Source: Calcarisporiella thermophila CBS 279.70
Lineage: Eukaryota; Fungi; Calcarisporiellomycota
Direction of reading: 5' to 3'
Length of the DNA stretch: 64,000 nucleotides
NCBI RefSeq assembly: GCF_041956535.1
Contig: NW_027192193.1
Location: 281,288-345,287 of the forward strand
Every line of letters begins with the position of its first letter. Position 1 is the first letter of the stretch. The position numbers and the translations under genes were made by a program. Positions 48,458 to 62,622 of this stretch are shown piece by piece. The notes beneath the pieces are model-generated. The model saw only the letters and a list, made by a program, of their open reading frames with translations. It was not told the origin of the DNA and made no database searches.

Positions 48458-50214
48458 CTATATTAATTCTAGGTAACGGCGCACTTCCCATTCTGTCACT
48501 GCAGTTTCCCATAGTCGCCACTCGTGCAACCGTGTTTTTCCGTAGTGGTCAACGAATCCATCGCCCAGCACCTGACGAGCAATACTTCCACTCTCCATCA
48601 GTTTACGCGTTGCATCAATGAGCGACTTTGCAAGCCTCTCCCTTTCGCCAAGCTTTTCATTGGGCTTTAGTGGAGAGATAGGAATTTCGACCTTATTTTC
48701 AATACCCCACGCACCAGCCGCTAGGACGGCTGCGATCGCAAGGTGTGGATTAATGTCAGCACCGCTGACACGCTAAAAGTCAGGGAAGAATATATAAAAT
48801 GTTAGACCCAGAAGATGAACAAAAAAAAATATTCCGTTCACCATTTCCAACCGAGTTGCAGAAGGATTGCAGACGGGGGGTGAAATGACTCGAACAGCGG
48901 CAATTCGATTTTCGAGTCCCCATGACACAACAATAGGGGCCCAATAGTTTTCGACCAGCCGTTTATAGCTGTTGATGGTTGGAGCGAACACGGCCATGCA
49001 GCTGGGCAGAGCAACCAGCAGACCCCCCAGGAACCATCTCATGATTTGGCTCATTCCGCGAGCATCCTCCCACTCTTCTTTCTCGCTGCCAGAAGTAGAC
49101 TGCTCACCTTCTGGCTTTGCAAAGACATTGTGGCCTCCTTTTAGGTCACGCAGAGAAAAGTGAAGATGGCCAGAGCAACCTGGTAGATCATTGTGAGGCT
49201 TTGCCATGAAAGAGGCAACAACACCGTGCTCTAAGCCAATTTGCTTGACTGCGGTTTTGAAGAGAGTGGCACGGTCTGCCATTTCGGCAGCGTTAGTATA
49301 AGCCAGTGCAGCCTCGAAGACACCAGGACCTAGTCAGAGAAATACATATGAACGACCTAATAGGATTAGTTGGTAGAGAATACATACCGGTTTCCGTGTG
49401 CCATCCTTCGAGAGGTACATTGAATTCGCGACACTTGTTGAAAACGTCCATATAGAAACCCTGGTTTAGGACCGGTCGTAGTAGTGAGTAACCAAACATT
49501 CCGGGTGTGAGGGGAGTGGGGTTGACGTGGTTCTTTTCAGCAAGAGTCTCGGGTGTCTCTGTGTTTCCATCAAGATTTTCCGTGTTTAACATCATAAAAA
49601 TCCGCTCCCATCAGTAACGAGTTACCTTTAAAATTGAAAAACTCAAATTCCGCACCGCACATAGCTTCGTATCCCAAAGCCTTCAGGCGTTCTATTTGGC
49701 GTCGCAACAGGCTGCGCGGACACATGTTAAGTGGCTGGCGGGTGTGTGGATCCACGAATGAACACAAGAAAAATGGAATGTTATTCTCCCAAGGAATGCG
49801 GCGGAAAGTAGAGAGATCAGGAATGCAGAGAATATCCGAATAGCCTGTATACGTGCAAACATTTGGAATTAGTGATGAAATACTCGTGGCATCCAACCAA
49901 TGTATAGCACCTGTTTCCTCATTGGACACCGCAACCTTCTCGGTGTAGGTTTTATCGTGGAGATCCCAACCGAAGATAACACTGCAGAAACCTACCCACG
50001 ATGAAAAGGTATACATCGATCTACTTAACTTCATTGATTTTTAATCGTGCACCTTACCAATGCCATGTTCTATCGCGCTAAGGAATTTAGATTTCTGGAT
50101 AATTTTGCCTCGCAATACGCCGTCGATGTCAACACCTGCAATGCGCACACATTCATCATTCTCAAGCAGCTCAACAGTCTCCTCATAGTTAGTAGGTTTT
50201 CTATGGGATGCCAT
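48458..50214 (-). CDS. Glutamine synthetase type I-like / gamma-glutamyl-amine ligase (FluG C-terminal-like)
   Basis: GVDIDGVLRGK, FGWD, PDLSTFRRIPW, GAEFEFF, WHTETGPGVFE, SFMAKP, GCSGHLHFSL, PTINSYKRL, WGLENR, VTEWEVRRY; 5 introns. Confidence 0.9.
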
Positions 50215-51741
50215 CTTGATATCGAAAAATGCGGAAATATGTGGTATGGGTGGTTGCGTTCAATCTAAGCAAAAGCTCAGTCAAAGAGGGAAATTTCTAA
50301 GTGCTCCAGAACTAAGAATTTCAGAGCCGTGATCATGCGACGTGTACTCTTGCCACCGAGGCCCTCGCGGCTGTTGATTCGTTGCTGCATCCAGTGTATC
50401 CATTTCCTTACCAAAATCCCATAGTTACTAAAACTAGTCCCACCCAAATTCATGCCCCGCCATCTCCGTTTTTCTCTCAGAGGCTTGACATCATGTCCAG
50501 CCACCCAAATCGATACTTATAGTTAATGATTGTAATTCCAACTCAAACCTAATATTCATTGTTAGAGGGGTCTCTTTGCCCTCATGCAACGCGGAATACA
50601 TTAAGATTCAGCTCATTACACTATAGAGGAGGATGGGGATCATAAAGGATTGCATCGTATCGATTATCTCGATTTCACTCCGATAGAAATGTATATGCAG
50701 CATCGTTTTGCCTGAAAATGCGCTCAGCAAATTGCTTGTGGGAGGCCAGGAGGTGATTATATGAGTGAGAAATGCACATGCTGGCTTCGTTGATGGAGGC
50801 CACAATCCTGTATACAGGAAAGGCCGTGGGATAATCTGCCAGTGATCAAGGTCCAAGCGCTTTCCCAGGAGTCGAAGTGGAGCCAGAGCTCAATCTATCA
50901 TGCCCGCCTCTCGTTCAGTTGCTACTTTCTATCTCACAACACCGTAAATTTCGCACTAACCTCTGCCTAAAGGAGAGAAGGTAATTGTGCAGTAGAGACC
51001 TGAGCTTTTCCTTAGCGCCGTGAAATGCTTGGCTAGTTGGGGGGTCTCTAATTGAAAAATACACGTGTGCTTAGCGGGGATTTGGCTTAAGGAGAGGCCG
51101 AGACCGAAGTGATAGCTTGGAAATCCCCATGTGTAGATATCCTCTGGATAAAAAGTATTTCATAGCGCCACCATCGCCTCCCGAGAATTTTCCATCCCTC
51201 CAGTCCCCATAAACTATCAATTAATGGCTCTTCTGCAAGTGCGCCATCTAAAATCTTGTAAAATGAGTTTAAATTGCTAGTTTTAATATTAATGGATTCC
51301 CGCACATTTCAAGAATTTATCAGAATACGAGACGAAAAAAGACATAATAATAGCTTTTCTATCACAAAAATAAAGGAAAAAAGGAGAAGGAAAAACAAGA
51401 GAAAGAAAAAAGAAAATCCCTCAAATTCTTTATGAATTAAAAAAAAAGCAAGTCAAGGCAAAAAAAAAATATATAAGAAGAGATAGAAAGGATGAGTATA
51501 AAAAATAATAGAATGAATAAAGAAAAAATGGCTTGCACTTAAAAAATCATAATATAAAACAACTTTATGTTGCCGTGTTTTCAATTTTTTTTTTGGTTAG
51601 TAAATAGGAATAGAAATCATAATAAGGGGGATGAAAGAGAAAGCACCTGATCCCATATGTGATTCTTTCACTTAAGAAAAAAAAATGAAGACGGTGAAAG
51701 CGGGAGATTACAAATAATAATAGGGAGAGCATTGAAACTAT

Positions 51742-52458
51742 TCACAGCACCAAGCATTTCTTCTTGTTCTTATTTCCACGCTGTTTCACCAGGAGAGCGG
51801 CGCGAGTCGCATGCTCGAAGACATCCCGGACTCCCTCTCCTGTCTTAGCGGAGCATTCTAGATATTTGTAGGCTCCGATCTTTTGTGCAATTGTCATGCC
51901 CTCCTCGGGGGAGACAGGTCTTTGAGAAGTTTTGCGTAGTTCTTCAATAACCGCGGGATCGTATCGCAGATCTTTCTTACAGCCAACCAACAGAATGGGC
52001 AGGTTGGGACAGAAGTGAATGACCTCGGAGACCCATTTTTCTTGAACGTTGTCCAGGGAGTCGGGCGAATCGATTGCGAAACAAATAAGAATGACATGAG
52101 AATCGGGATAGGAGAGAGGGCGGAGACGATCATAGTCTTCTTGGCCACTATTTCCAAGGATATTCTCATTAAACGAAGTGAGAAATTTCAGTGTGAACTA
52201 GAATTATTTACGCTGTATCCCAAAGCGCTAATTCAACATGCTTGCCATCCACCTCCACATCCGCAACGTAGTTTTCGAAAACAGTAGGAACATAAAACTA
52301 TCCCCAAAATCATTAGTCTTCCATTATCTGTTCGTCTAACCAATGCTGAAGCCATCTGTTACCTCAGGAAAAGTTCCTTTAGAAAACACAATTAACAGGC
52401 AAGTTTTCCCGCATGCACCATCCCCTACAATCACAAGCTTCCGGCGAAGTTCGGCCAT
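51742..52458 (-). CDS. RHO1: Rho1 GTPase
   Basis: [56 protein letters not shown] box CLVL; two coding introns. Confidence 0.97.
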
Positions 52459-53178
52459 TTTAGCTTTTTACACTGTATACTGACGTTGCGATGAATCAAG
52501 AATAGATTAAGCCTAGAAATTAAAAGAGTTGTACTATAATTAGCCAAATCCAATCAAAGTAGCGAGATGAAGGATCAAGAAAACGTGAAAAAAAAAAATC
52601 ATCAGCCCCGCGGATGCTTAAGTAGGAGCAAATAACGAGGTGTAATTTCATCCCATCAACGATTTTTAAAAGTTAAGAAAATAAAAAACAATCGCCAGAA
52701 AACTGATGTACAATGCACTTTATCTCACTATAACCAACATATAAGAACAGGTATAGACACGTAAAACTATACCTTGCTGATCCGGAGAAGAAGAGTGGAT
52801 TAGATAGTGTAGCAAATAAGATAAGCTTAACAATATAATAATGTTGAGAATAAAAATAGAATTGATTTTGAAATCAGAAGAAAAAAAGAGAAGAGGGCTT
52901 GTACGGCAGGAACAGAGAACGAAAATGAGGCCGTGGGTTCCGCAATGCAAAAAAGATCTACACTACAAAATTGAAATCAAAAAAATCTTGATTATTTATT
53001 TGGACCATAGGCCTCCATTTCCCATTCCGATTTTTACAGTACAGTCCTCTGTGTTCGCATATGAAAAAATTAGACCATTGAACTGGTAAAGTTATTCTTC
53101 TAAGTTTATTATTAATAAAACAAGTATGGATGATTTTATTATATCCAAATTCTCAAGACAGTCCCCCCTATTTGCAAA

Positions 53179-56100
53179 TCAAAATTCCATTGAATCCTTC
53201 CTCTCTCCTTCCACCGGATTTGAAGCATTCCCTTTCCCTTGCCGCTTTTGTTCTCGGTACGCTTGGATACGCGCTTTCAGCTCTGGGTCTAAGGCAAGCA
53301 AAAATATAATATTTGCCTTCAATGAAAATATAAAGTAAGGACGAAAAAAAGTAACCTACTCGGGACAACATCCTCGATTCTTAACGGCATTCGATTGAAG
53401 GGATCTTTCGCATCGCTCAGCAAATGGCTTTTGATGGTGCTTCGGTCCATGGTGACTCCCGAAGTGGGGAGAACCACCGGGTCGTCCATTAGCGTGTACA
53501 TGAGTGGGTCCAGGAACTCCTCGGGAACCTCGCCCAGCTCCTCTTCTTCACCTTCCTTCGCTTTAAGGTAGGCCTCTACATCGGCCACCAGTTGCAGCAA
53601 GCGATCCATTTCCTGCTGAGGCTTCAGGCCATATCGCAGAAGAATGCGGGTCGCTTTCTCGAACAGCTCTTTTCGGTAGCTACGCCCATCTCTTGCCACC
53701 GCCTCCACAAAGGTTGTGCAGTAAAGATGCAAGTAGATATCCACCAGATCGCATAATAGCTCTCTCGGGCGAAACTGGTACCGCTCTCGTGACTCCACCG
53801 CAAGCTCAGTGCATTTCGGTCCTACCAGTTGCATTAGATTGTAATCTAACATGGCCGCGAGACGATCCACTATCTCTGGCATGAGGAAAGGGGCCGGGAT
53901 GACCCCGGTCAGCTGCTTAAGCATCTGAACGGTTTCATTCCCTAGCTGCATGTAGGACAGAGCCTGTCTTTCGAGCATTTTTAAATGGGATTCTCGCTCT
54001 CGCCGGTATTGCAGCGGTTTGGCTTCCCAGTTTGCCTTGTCCTTGATCTCCTGCTGAATGGCGTGGATCTCGGTCAGCTTATTAAGACTTTCGTCCAATA
54101 AGAAGGTCGCGTCGTTCATTAGCAGGTTCACAAAACGCACAAAGTCCTCGCCCGTTGATAGCAGGCGTAGTCGTTCCTGGTGCTGGGGGTTGTTCCATAG
54201 AACTTTAAATACCTGTGAGATATTGTATCGTATGTTGAATTTATCGTAGAATTGTGAATGCAGGCCGGTGCTCTCTACTTCGACGTAGAAAGCAATCAAC
54301 GCTCCAAAGAGATATTCAATCGCGAGAGGGTGCGAGTTCAGTAGCCAGCCAAGGGCGCCCTGAGGATCATTACGGTCGGGCCAGGTGAAGAAAAAGAGCA
54401 ACTGAAAAAAGAAGACAAAGGTCGAATTATTCTTCTATTGCTCACCATATATATATTGCAGATGCAAGCATACCTCGACCAGCTTGGCCTTCAAGTACGG
54501 ATTCTTGATATAGGCGGTATTCTGAAGGAACACAACCACGAAAACGACCAGTTCTTCCTTCGAGCAAGTCTTCAGAACATCAGGGTTGAATCTCCCCAGA
54601 TATAAAAAGAACTCCACAATATCATCGATGAGAAACTCTGGTAACATTGCAAACCCTTTCGGAACTTCCTTGGGCAGAGGAAGCTGGATAGGCTCCTGCG
54701 GATGTATTCCGCGTGGATCCACACGTCTTACAAGCCAGGTCATCAGCAGGTTGAAAAAGCGCACGCAGTGAGAAAGCAAAGACGGGTCACGCAGCTGAGC
54801 GTCGAGAGCGAGTTTGAACGTGGCCATCTTATCTATATCGGCTTTAAGTCGCTTCATGATCTCCTCATTGAACATGGCCGCTGGTGACTAAAGAAATAAT
54901 ATCGTTAGTATCTCGCATTCACACAGCATTAGAGCTCAATTTGGGGTCGCACATTTGCCCATCGTGCTTGGTCCGCTTTCATCCGATCATATTCTCGCTG
55001 CAGTTCGCTCAGCTGCTTCATAAAGTCCCCGTACACATTAAACACCCTCCCTAAGCCATAATGGAAAAAGGCTGCCGTAAGAAAGAATACTTCTGAAATA
55101 AAATTGGGAGGCTGGTCAGGCGAAGATGGTGGTTCAGCGTAGTATGCGTCGGATTCCTCTTGAGTGGCGCATATTTTTGTTTCAGAACGGGAGGGAATCC
55201 GAGTTGATTTGCGAAAGTAGTCAGGATCGATCCGATCGATCTAAAAAAAAATAGAAGGAAACAATCCCCAAATGTCAGTATACAATCACAATAGTTCAAG
55301 AATGCGTAAGCATAAAGAGCAAGGCACACCTTGGAGTAATTTAGATCCATGAATGGATCACAGAACTCTAGTAGAACTACAAACGTGTTTACCATGAACC
55401 CATCACTCGAGACCGCTCCCCGATCCACCTGCATCTGCGCGCGTTTCTCATTTCGCTGTACAATGGTAGCCAAATAGGATAATACGCCCTCTCGCGCTTG
55501 AGGAGAGGAGCGAATGATATTATTCAAGATGTTTTTAAGTGTAATCTGGATATTCTGGAGGGTAGAGCGCAGATTGCCCATAGCAGACTGGAGATCGCTT
55601 TGTGTTCTCGATTCTGGATTTGGAAAGTACATCTCAGCAATAGTGGGCTAATGCGAGAAGAAATGATTAGCACAAGGACAGCTTAGAACCGCCACAAAAT
55701 ACCCACCACGTCCTCTGGGAAAGCAGATATTCGCATAAATGGGCCCAGTATTGTTATTAACTCTATTGATCGTGCAGGCGTATTGGGTGGGTTGAAATTG
55801 GGGAGTGTGGGAATCTAGAAGGGTAGAAAGAATACAAAAGTTCGCGTGAACACAGTGGGAACAACTTGAGAAACTTCCTTTTGAGGTCAAAACCCTACCA
55901 TAGCAGCGATAGGTTTGATCTCGGTGAGTAACAATAGAGCTTGCAATGAGGATCGAAAATCACCAAGTATATTCTCCCCTCTTATCTTGGCCGCCATGCC
56001 GGTTAACACAGGACCAAAAAGTTTATCTAAATCGTCGTTTTCAAATCGGGTCACTAACTGCCTAATAAAGCTATCTGGCAAGCTCTCCGGAGAGTCCGGG

Positions 56101-57136
56101 TCGGCCAGTATCCGGGGAACAAGTAGCTCAGGACCAAGTGAGCTCGCATTAGGGATCTGGGGAAACATATCCGGCATTTGGAGAACTAAACCAGAGTATG
56201 AGACGACGAGGGAGAGCACGGAATCAAGCACCTCCACACGCTGTTCTACTACAGAGGAGTCCATGCTAGAGGCTCTTGATAAGGTGCCGCGTCGTATCTC
56301 TGACGCCCTGCGCCAGCAACCAAGTAAATATTCAAATAGTGGGAGTTGTAAAAGCGAGGAAGATGCTTGGTTTTCAGGAACGATATTTTCTGGGTCTATA
56401 GAGAGACGTGCAACAACAACACGGTCTAGGATGTCGCGACTAATTTTGAAGTTGGTTACAGCTGGATTTTCTTCAGATAGTTCTGTTGCGAGGGAAGTGA
56501 GGAAGACGGAATTGGGTCCAGATTTTGCTGGCTTTAAAAGAATTCGAAAATTACAGAATCAGAAACACAAATATATGAACGCAAAAGAGGACAAATGCAA
56601 TCTCACATCAAGAGTCACCTGCAGGATACGAGATATTGCTTCATTTTGCCAGTCCTCAAAAGATAATGCTTTCTTTGGTGTGGGTGCAGATGTGGAGACA
56701 AACTATATTTGATAGACAATTAGAAACATCAATAGGTAATTCTACGCGTTTTCCTTAGTTCGTAATTGATAAAAGTTACCTTTTCTTCTAATTTTCCAGA
56801 AAGGTCCTCTCTGGGAGGTTGTCTAGAAACGGATGACAAAGATGCCTCATTCTCCACCGATGCCTTGATTAGAACTGCCGCGTCTCTCACCTCTGAATTT
56901 TGCTCTCGTCTTGGTAAATGTGTCTTCGATTGTGTTTGCTGTTGGGCTTGTTGTTGAGCTTGCTGCTGGGCCTGTTGTTGTGCTTGCTGGATTTTTGCGA
57001 GGCGTTTAAGTCGGATCTAGTAATGTGTTAAAAAATGGAGAGGAGCAATTTAGTTAAGAAACAATTGTAACTTGAGGAAACAGATAGCCAGGAAGAAATT
57101 ACGCTCTACCTGTTCTGTCTCATTCTGCGAATCCAT
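53179..57136 (-). CDS. UFD2: U-box ubiquitin E4 ligase Ufd2
   Basis: [50 protein letters not shown]-box [15 protein letters not shown]...DPFNR; N-terminal QQQA repeat at ~56935-56990. Confidence 0.95.
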
Positions 57137-57364
57137 TATGACTTGATATGTTCTCTTCTCTTCTTTAATGATCTACGATTATTCTATATAATAACCAGTA
57201 TCGTGGCTTTAAAATCAGATTTGGGGCCTACGTCTCCTTCCACCATGTGACACGTTGTACTATACTGACAGCAGGCAAGAAAAGAGAGATATTCTCCGTA
57301 TTTTTTTCTTTTTCTTCTGTTTCCTTTGCACTGGACGTGACCAATCCGTTCACCTTAGTTAATA

Positions 57365-58549
57365 ATGTCTGTAGTGTTAGATCCCTCGAACCAGCTTTCT
57401 TTTCGAAGTAGGCAACTTAATTAAACTTTCTCCCATTTTCCCATGCTATTGTATTAATTGCGAATCCCCACCCTTAAAAATTAGGGCCGTTGACAACACA
57501 GGTGAAGGAGATTCTTAGAATAAAGAATCCAAACCCGTATCCGGTCGCTTTCAAAGTGAAAACTACGGCGCCCAAGCAGTACTGTGTGCGGCCCAATTCA
57601 GGTCGCGTTGAGTCACAGTCCGAGCTGGACGTGCAGAGTGAGTAAGGTGTATGCAAGTTTTTACCAACAATTGACTCATCATTTTTTGTAAAATGATTTT
57701 TTTTCTAGTTCTCCTCCAACCTTTGAAGGAGGATCCTCCACCCGATTTTAAATCCCGTGACAAGTTCCTTGTACAAACTATTCCTATTACTCCAGAACTG
57801 GAAGAAATACCCTCCCATACTTTTGTACGAGCACTTTAACTCGTCTTGCTTACTTTCCTGTCAATTAATCCAATCCTCCTCTTCCTTTCTAGTGGTCTCA
57901 AGTTGAAAAAACACACAAAGATAAAATATCTGACAAAAAAATCCGCTGTGTGTATCTTCCTCCCGCAGGACATTCGCGTGCCGCGAGCGACTCCGGACCA
58001 GATAGCCAGCAAAGCGGTGGCCAACCAGGCGCACAAACTGGGGCTAAGGTGGACCCATATCATTCTGCAGCAGAAGAGGATTATCCTCCTTCGACAGCTG
58101 GGCATGGGCAACGCGCTAAACCTCCTCACGCCCCTCAAGCGCAATCCGCTCAACAAATACCTCTGCAACAAGCTCAATCGCATGCACAGCCATATGCTTC
58201 CACACGAGATACGGGCTCTAATGCCACGAGCGCTGTAGGTGCTACTGGTGCCACCGGAGAGGACGCGAAGCGCCGTCGAACTTCACACCAGCGCCAAAAT
58301 GAACGTGAGCGAGCTGAGATAACCCGCCTGCAGAAAGAACTCAATGATGCACGAGATATGATGGAACGATTGCAGTCGAAGATCGAGAATTTGGAACGAG
58401 AACGTAAATCGCGACGAGAAGCTGCCCTGACAAGAGGAGGTGTGGTACAATCGGGAGAGATGATAGGAGGATTAGGTGGGGGGGTGTCGGTTTTGATGGC
58501 TGCGTTAATTGCAGTAATCTCCTTTTTGATAGCTTACTGGTTCTTTTAG
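57365..58549 (+). CDS. SCS2: VAP/Scs2 ER membrane protein (MSP domain, coiled coil, C-terminal TM)
   Basis: VAFKVKTTAPKQYCVRPNSG signature, RDKFLVQ, C-terminal hydrophobic tail; 3 introns. Confidence 0.93.
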
Positions 58550-58866
58550 GCCATTGCTGTTTCTTTTTTTAACTCATGAGCCCTCTTTTTCCGTCTTTAT
58601 TTTTTGGTTGGTTTTCCTCTACATTCCATTTTATTTCACCCTTTAGTGTTTTTAAGGTGGTGAATTCTCTTTTTTTTTATATAGTTTATATTGCTTATAT
58701 GGAAATAATGTTACAAAAAGAAAAAAAGAACACAAGCAGAGAGGAATATGACAAGTCATGATACATCTTCTGGACGCCTCTGTGTTAAATGCCAAAAGAG
58801 TTGGAGGGACAGAGAGGTGGATCGAAAATATAAAGGAAAAACAAAGCAATCGAATGATATGCAAAC

Positions 58867-60560
58867 TCAGCCAAAATGGTCTCGACTCAAGCGCCGACTT
58901 GGTACAAACACAAACACAAGGATTGTCACTGCAGTGGCAAACAAGGTGACAGCTGTGACAAAAATTGCTCGGCGAAAATGAAATTTTAGAACACTCTTCT
59001 CATTAATCCTATGAAAGTTGCATCCTCCCGTCTCACTATCAAATTAAAATAAAAGCTGCGAGTTAATCTCCCGTTCTCAACCACATTTTGCAATCAATAA
59101 GTCATCGGGATACTTTACAATGATCTGAAAAAAGTAAGTAGAGGGAAAAATTCCAGTAGCCCAGACAACACAAGTAACCATCCAAGGAGAATAGCGGGTA
59201 AACCCCATGCCCTGAGCTCTCGCTCCGCAACCCCCATAAAGATCATAGCTAGTTCCAGAGCAAAACCACCGGTTAATAATATTGCTCCCACCAATACGAG
59301 CGACCATCGCCAGATACCCCTTGTCATATTTGTGGAGCATGCACTGTCAATGAAAGGAGGATAGAACCAAACATCCAGTACTTGATGCACCTGCTGTTTG
59401 GCTTGAGAGAAAACAGAAGGATCCACTAGACCCCGATATTCGATGGCATCCTGGAGTTGTAGTCGGTGATCCTCTGTGAGAAGCACGCGCTTTTCTGGAT
59501 CATATGGGGAGCAATACCGCTCATACACTGCCATGGCGCTCTTTCTCACGGCTTGCTCAGTAATTAGATGGCCTTCGGAAGCCAAGTCCAGAACAGCTGC
59601 AACACTTGCTGCAGCTGCAGCGAATCGCTGAGCACAGTCGGATTCGGGGGCCGTTTTCCAGTAGTTGTTGACGAAATCTTCATCCTCATAGACGTCCAGA
59701 GAATACTCTTTGGTAATGTCCGTATCTATGAAATCAGGTGATTGACCGGTGGTCAACGGTAAACTATTTCCTCCTTTTACTTCCAATATTTGAAGTGAAG
59801 GTGAAGATGGCTGTGGCGATGGCCGAGACATGGTTGCTGCAATAGAGGGAAAACTCATAGGCGGAGTAGCTTCTATCTGTTTGAGATTTTTTGCAGCCAC
59901 ATCCAATGATCCTGATGGATGCGCAGATGGCGACAATAGTCCACTTTCCATCTTTCGTTTATCCAACTGCCGCTTCTTTCGCTCTTGTTGCCGCCACGTT
60001 TTCCACAAGGACTCGTGCCGATCTAGCGCTTGGAGAAATTCTAGGTTGGCGACAGCATTTTTACGACGTAAGAAATCAGAGAAATCGTGAATACTCAGCG
60101 GAGAACTCGTTTTTTCAGATAGCACCTGCTCCATGGTTGGCAGTTCATGCACTGATAAATTATAATCTTTCACTTGGCTCCAGTTCCACGCAATAGGAGA
60201 GAGGATATCTGAAGCTCGGTAAATCGAGAGAGGAGTACGTCGACTGGAAGTTCCTGGGGGACGCGGAAGGGAAGAAACAGAGGGCGAGAATGCGTGGGGC
60301 GAAACGCGTTGCGTACTTGAGAGAATAGGGGAGGTTGCCCGAGGCATATTGGGAGCGAAGGTATAGGAGGCCGAGGATCGATTCCCACCCACTTCAGTAT
60401 TTTGATGATCAGGTGAAGGAGAGAACGCGTGAACAGGAGAGGGAGATCGGTTGAAACGGTTCACCGATGAGTTATCTTGAAAATCGAGACTGGAGGAGAG
60501 CGTGGAACGCATTCGATCAAGCTTATTGACTCGATCTTGTGATGGAGATGATGGCGTCAT
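58867..60560 (-). CDS. RGS-domain protein with three C-terminal TMs (Rax1-like)
   Basis: LPTMEQVL..KTSSPLS...F..FL, NLEF, split RGS helices, TM segments; last exon ends VFVPSRRL. Confidence 0.75.
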
Positions 60561-61921
60561 TTGGTAAAGCGTGGGATAAAAAGACACTAATAAATAAGTT
60601 ATACAAACTACAACCGAAAAAGAACAGAACAGAAGAACAGAAGGCTTCAAGGAGAGTATCGAGTGTATAGAACAGCTATGTGAATACGATATTCTGAATT
60701 CTAATCACCAAAAGATGAAAATCTGCACGTAAGAATTGAGCCGTCGAGTTCCTCCAATTTGAAATAATATCATTACATGAACCAACACTATAAAAAGGAG
60801 ATGTAGGGAGAAGAGAGTATAGGATAGGATGGGGTAATCAACAGAAGAAAATGATGTTAATTTGACAGCATTCCAAGTATCGATTCAAAATAAGGGGTTC
60901 ACAATTATTGGTCCCTTTTTGCCACATGCAAAATAAAGCAGACCGTGTAAGAATATGAGCTAGTTGGATGGAGAATATAGGGCGCCGTAATACCAAGCAA
61001 AAAGACAAAAAAAAAAAAAAAAAAAAAAAAAAACGAAAACACCCATACATAAATCCACCATGTACTAAAAAAGTTCTTGCTTCATCAAGAACGCTCTTTA
61101 TATTAGATTGGGTCGGACAACCTATCAATGTTAACTAGATATTTAGAGAAATATCCTTCGTGATTGTTTTCTCACTAGAGTGGGAGAGATCCAACCGAAG
61201 CCAACCACTTCTCTCAATTATAAACTATTAATATCCCCAATAAACCCACTAGCTATCTCTCTCTAATTGCTTCATCATTGGTGCTGTCATTGCGAGTTAA
61301 ACAGCAACCAAGTGGCGATAAACGGGATGGACTCCAACCTTGATTCCATTTGAAAATCCTTGCTTTTAGAAGTTACTGAGAGACGCGTGAATAAGGAAGG
61401 ATTATACGATGTAATTCACATAGCTTGACATTAGGTCACAACAGTGTACAGGGTAGATGTATACTCGAATCTACAGCCTCTACAATAAAGTCACAACATT
61501 AACTGTGCTGTGCTTAAAGTCGGTAATTAGAGGGAAACCTGACAAATCCATAAAAAATACAAGTGCCACCAACGGAAACAAACTACATCGCCCAATGAAC
61601 TACACCCTGAATAATAACAAATTCGCCACAAAATAGAGGGCTAAAAGATAATTGAAAGGACCAACATGCATTATTACTCTACTGAATGAAAATCGGTCTG
61701 TATGGTCCCTTTGTAGAAGAAGCGAGAGAAATGCTCCAGGACTAGTTTATTAAAATAAAAACTATAGATAAAACGTATGTGGAATTGCTAAAGTTTTGAC
61801 TCCCTAAGGATAAATGCAAACATACAGGTAATTAGTCTTACCCATAAAGGTAGAAAGGCGAAATAGATCAGGAATACTGATTAGAATAAAATTGCATCTA
61901 TGTAGCGCGATTTTATTATAA

Positions 61922-62383
61922 NNNNNNNNNNNNNNNNNNNNNNNNNNNNNNNNNNNNNNNNNNNNNNNNNNNNNNNNNNNNNNNNNNNNNNNNNNNNNNN
62001 NNNNNNNNNNNNNNNNNNNNNNNNNNNNNNNNNNNNNNNNNNNNNNNNNNNNNNNNNNNNNNNNNNNNNNNNNNNNNNNNNNNNNNNNNNNNNNNNNNNN
62101 NNNNNNNNNNNNNNNNNNNNNNNNNNNNNNNNNNNNNNNNNNNNNNNNNNNNNNNNNNNNNNNNNNNNNNNNNNNNNNNNNNNNNNNNNNNNNNNNNNNN
62201 NNNNNNNNNNNNNNNNNNNNNNNNNNNNNNNNNNNNNNNNNNNNNNNNNNNNNNNNNNNNNNNNNNNNNNNNNNNNNNNNNNNNNNNNNNNNNNNNNNNN
62301 NNNNNNNNNNNNNNNNNNNNNNNNNNNNNNNNNNNNNNNNNNNNNNNNNNNNNNNNNNNNNNNNNNNNNNNNNNNNNNNNNNN
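61922..62383. other. Assembly gap (N run)
   Basis: 462 N. Confidence 1.
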
Positions 62384-62549
62384 CGACAAGACAGAGGCAT
62401 TATTAGAGGAAGAGCCAGACACGACAGGACGGAGAGAGCTGTTGTAGTGAACCAGACTGGAAAAGACGGATAATACTGATAGAGAGCATAGACACGACAA
62501 GTAAGGCACAGAATTAGTAGAGAATCAAGAAACATATTTTTCTGTGCTG

Positions 62550-62622
62550 TGGGGGTTACGGGATTCGAACCCGCGCCGTCTCGATGGCACCGAGGAGAGC
62601 TTACCACTAAGCTACTCCACCC
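62550..62622 (-). pseudogene. tRNA-Gly(GCC)-like sequence (pseudogene or SINE/TE-derived)
   Basis: A box TAGCTTAGTGG, B box GGTTCGAATCC, T stem GCGGG/CCCGT, anticodon arm CTCG-GTGCCAT-CGAG; acceptor stem badly mismatched. Confidence 0.65.
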
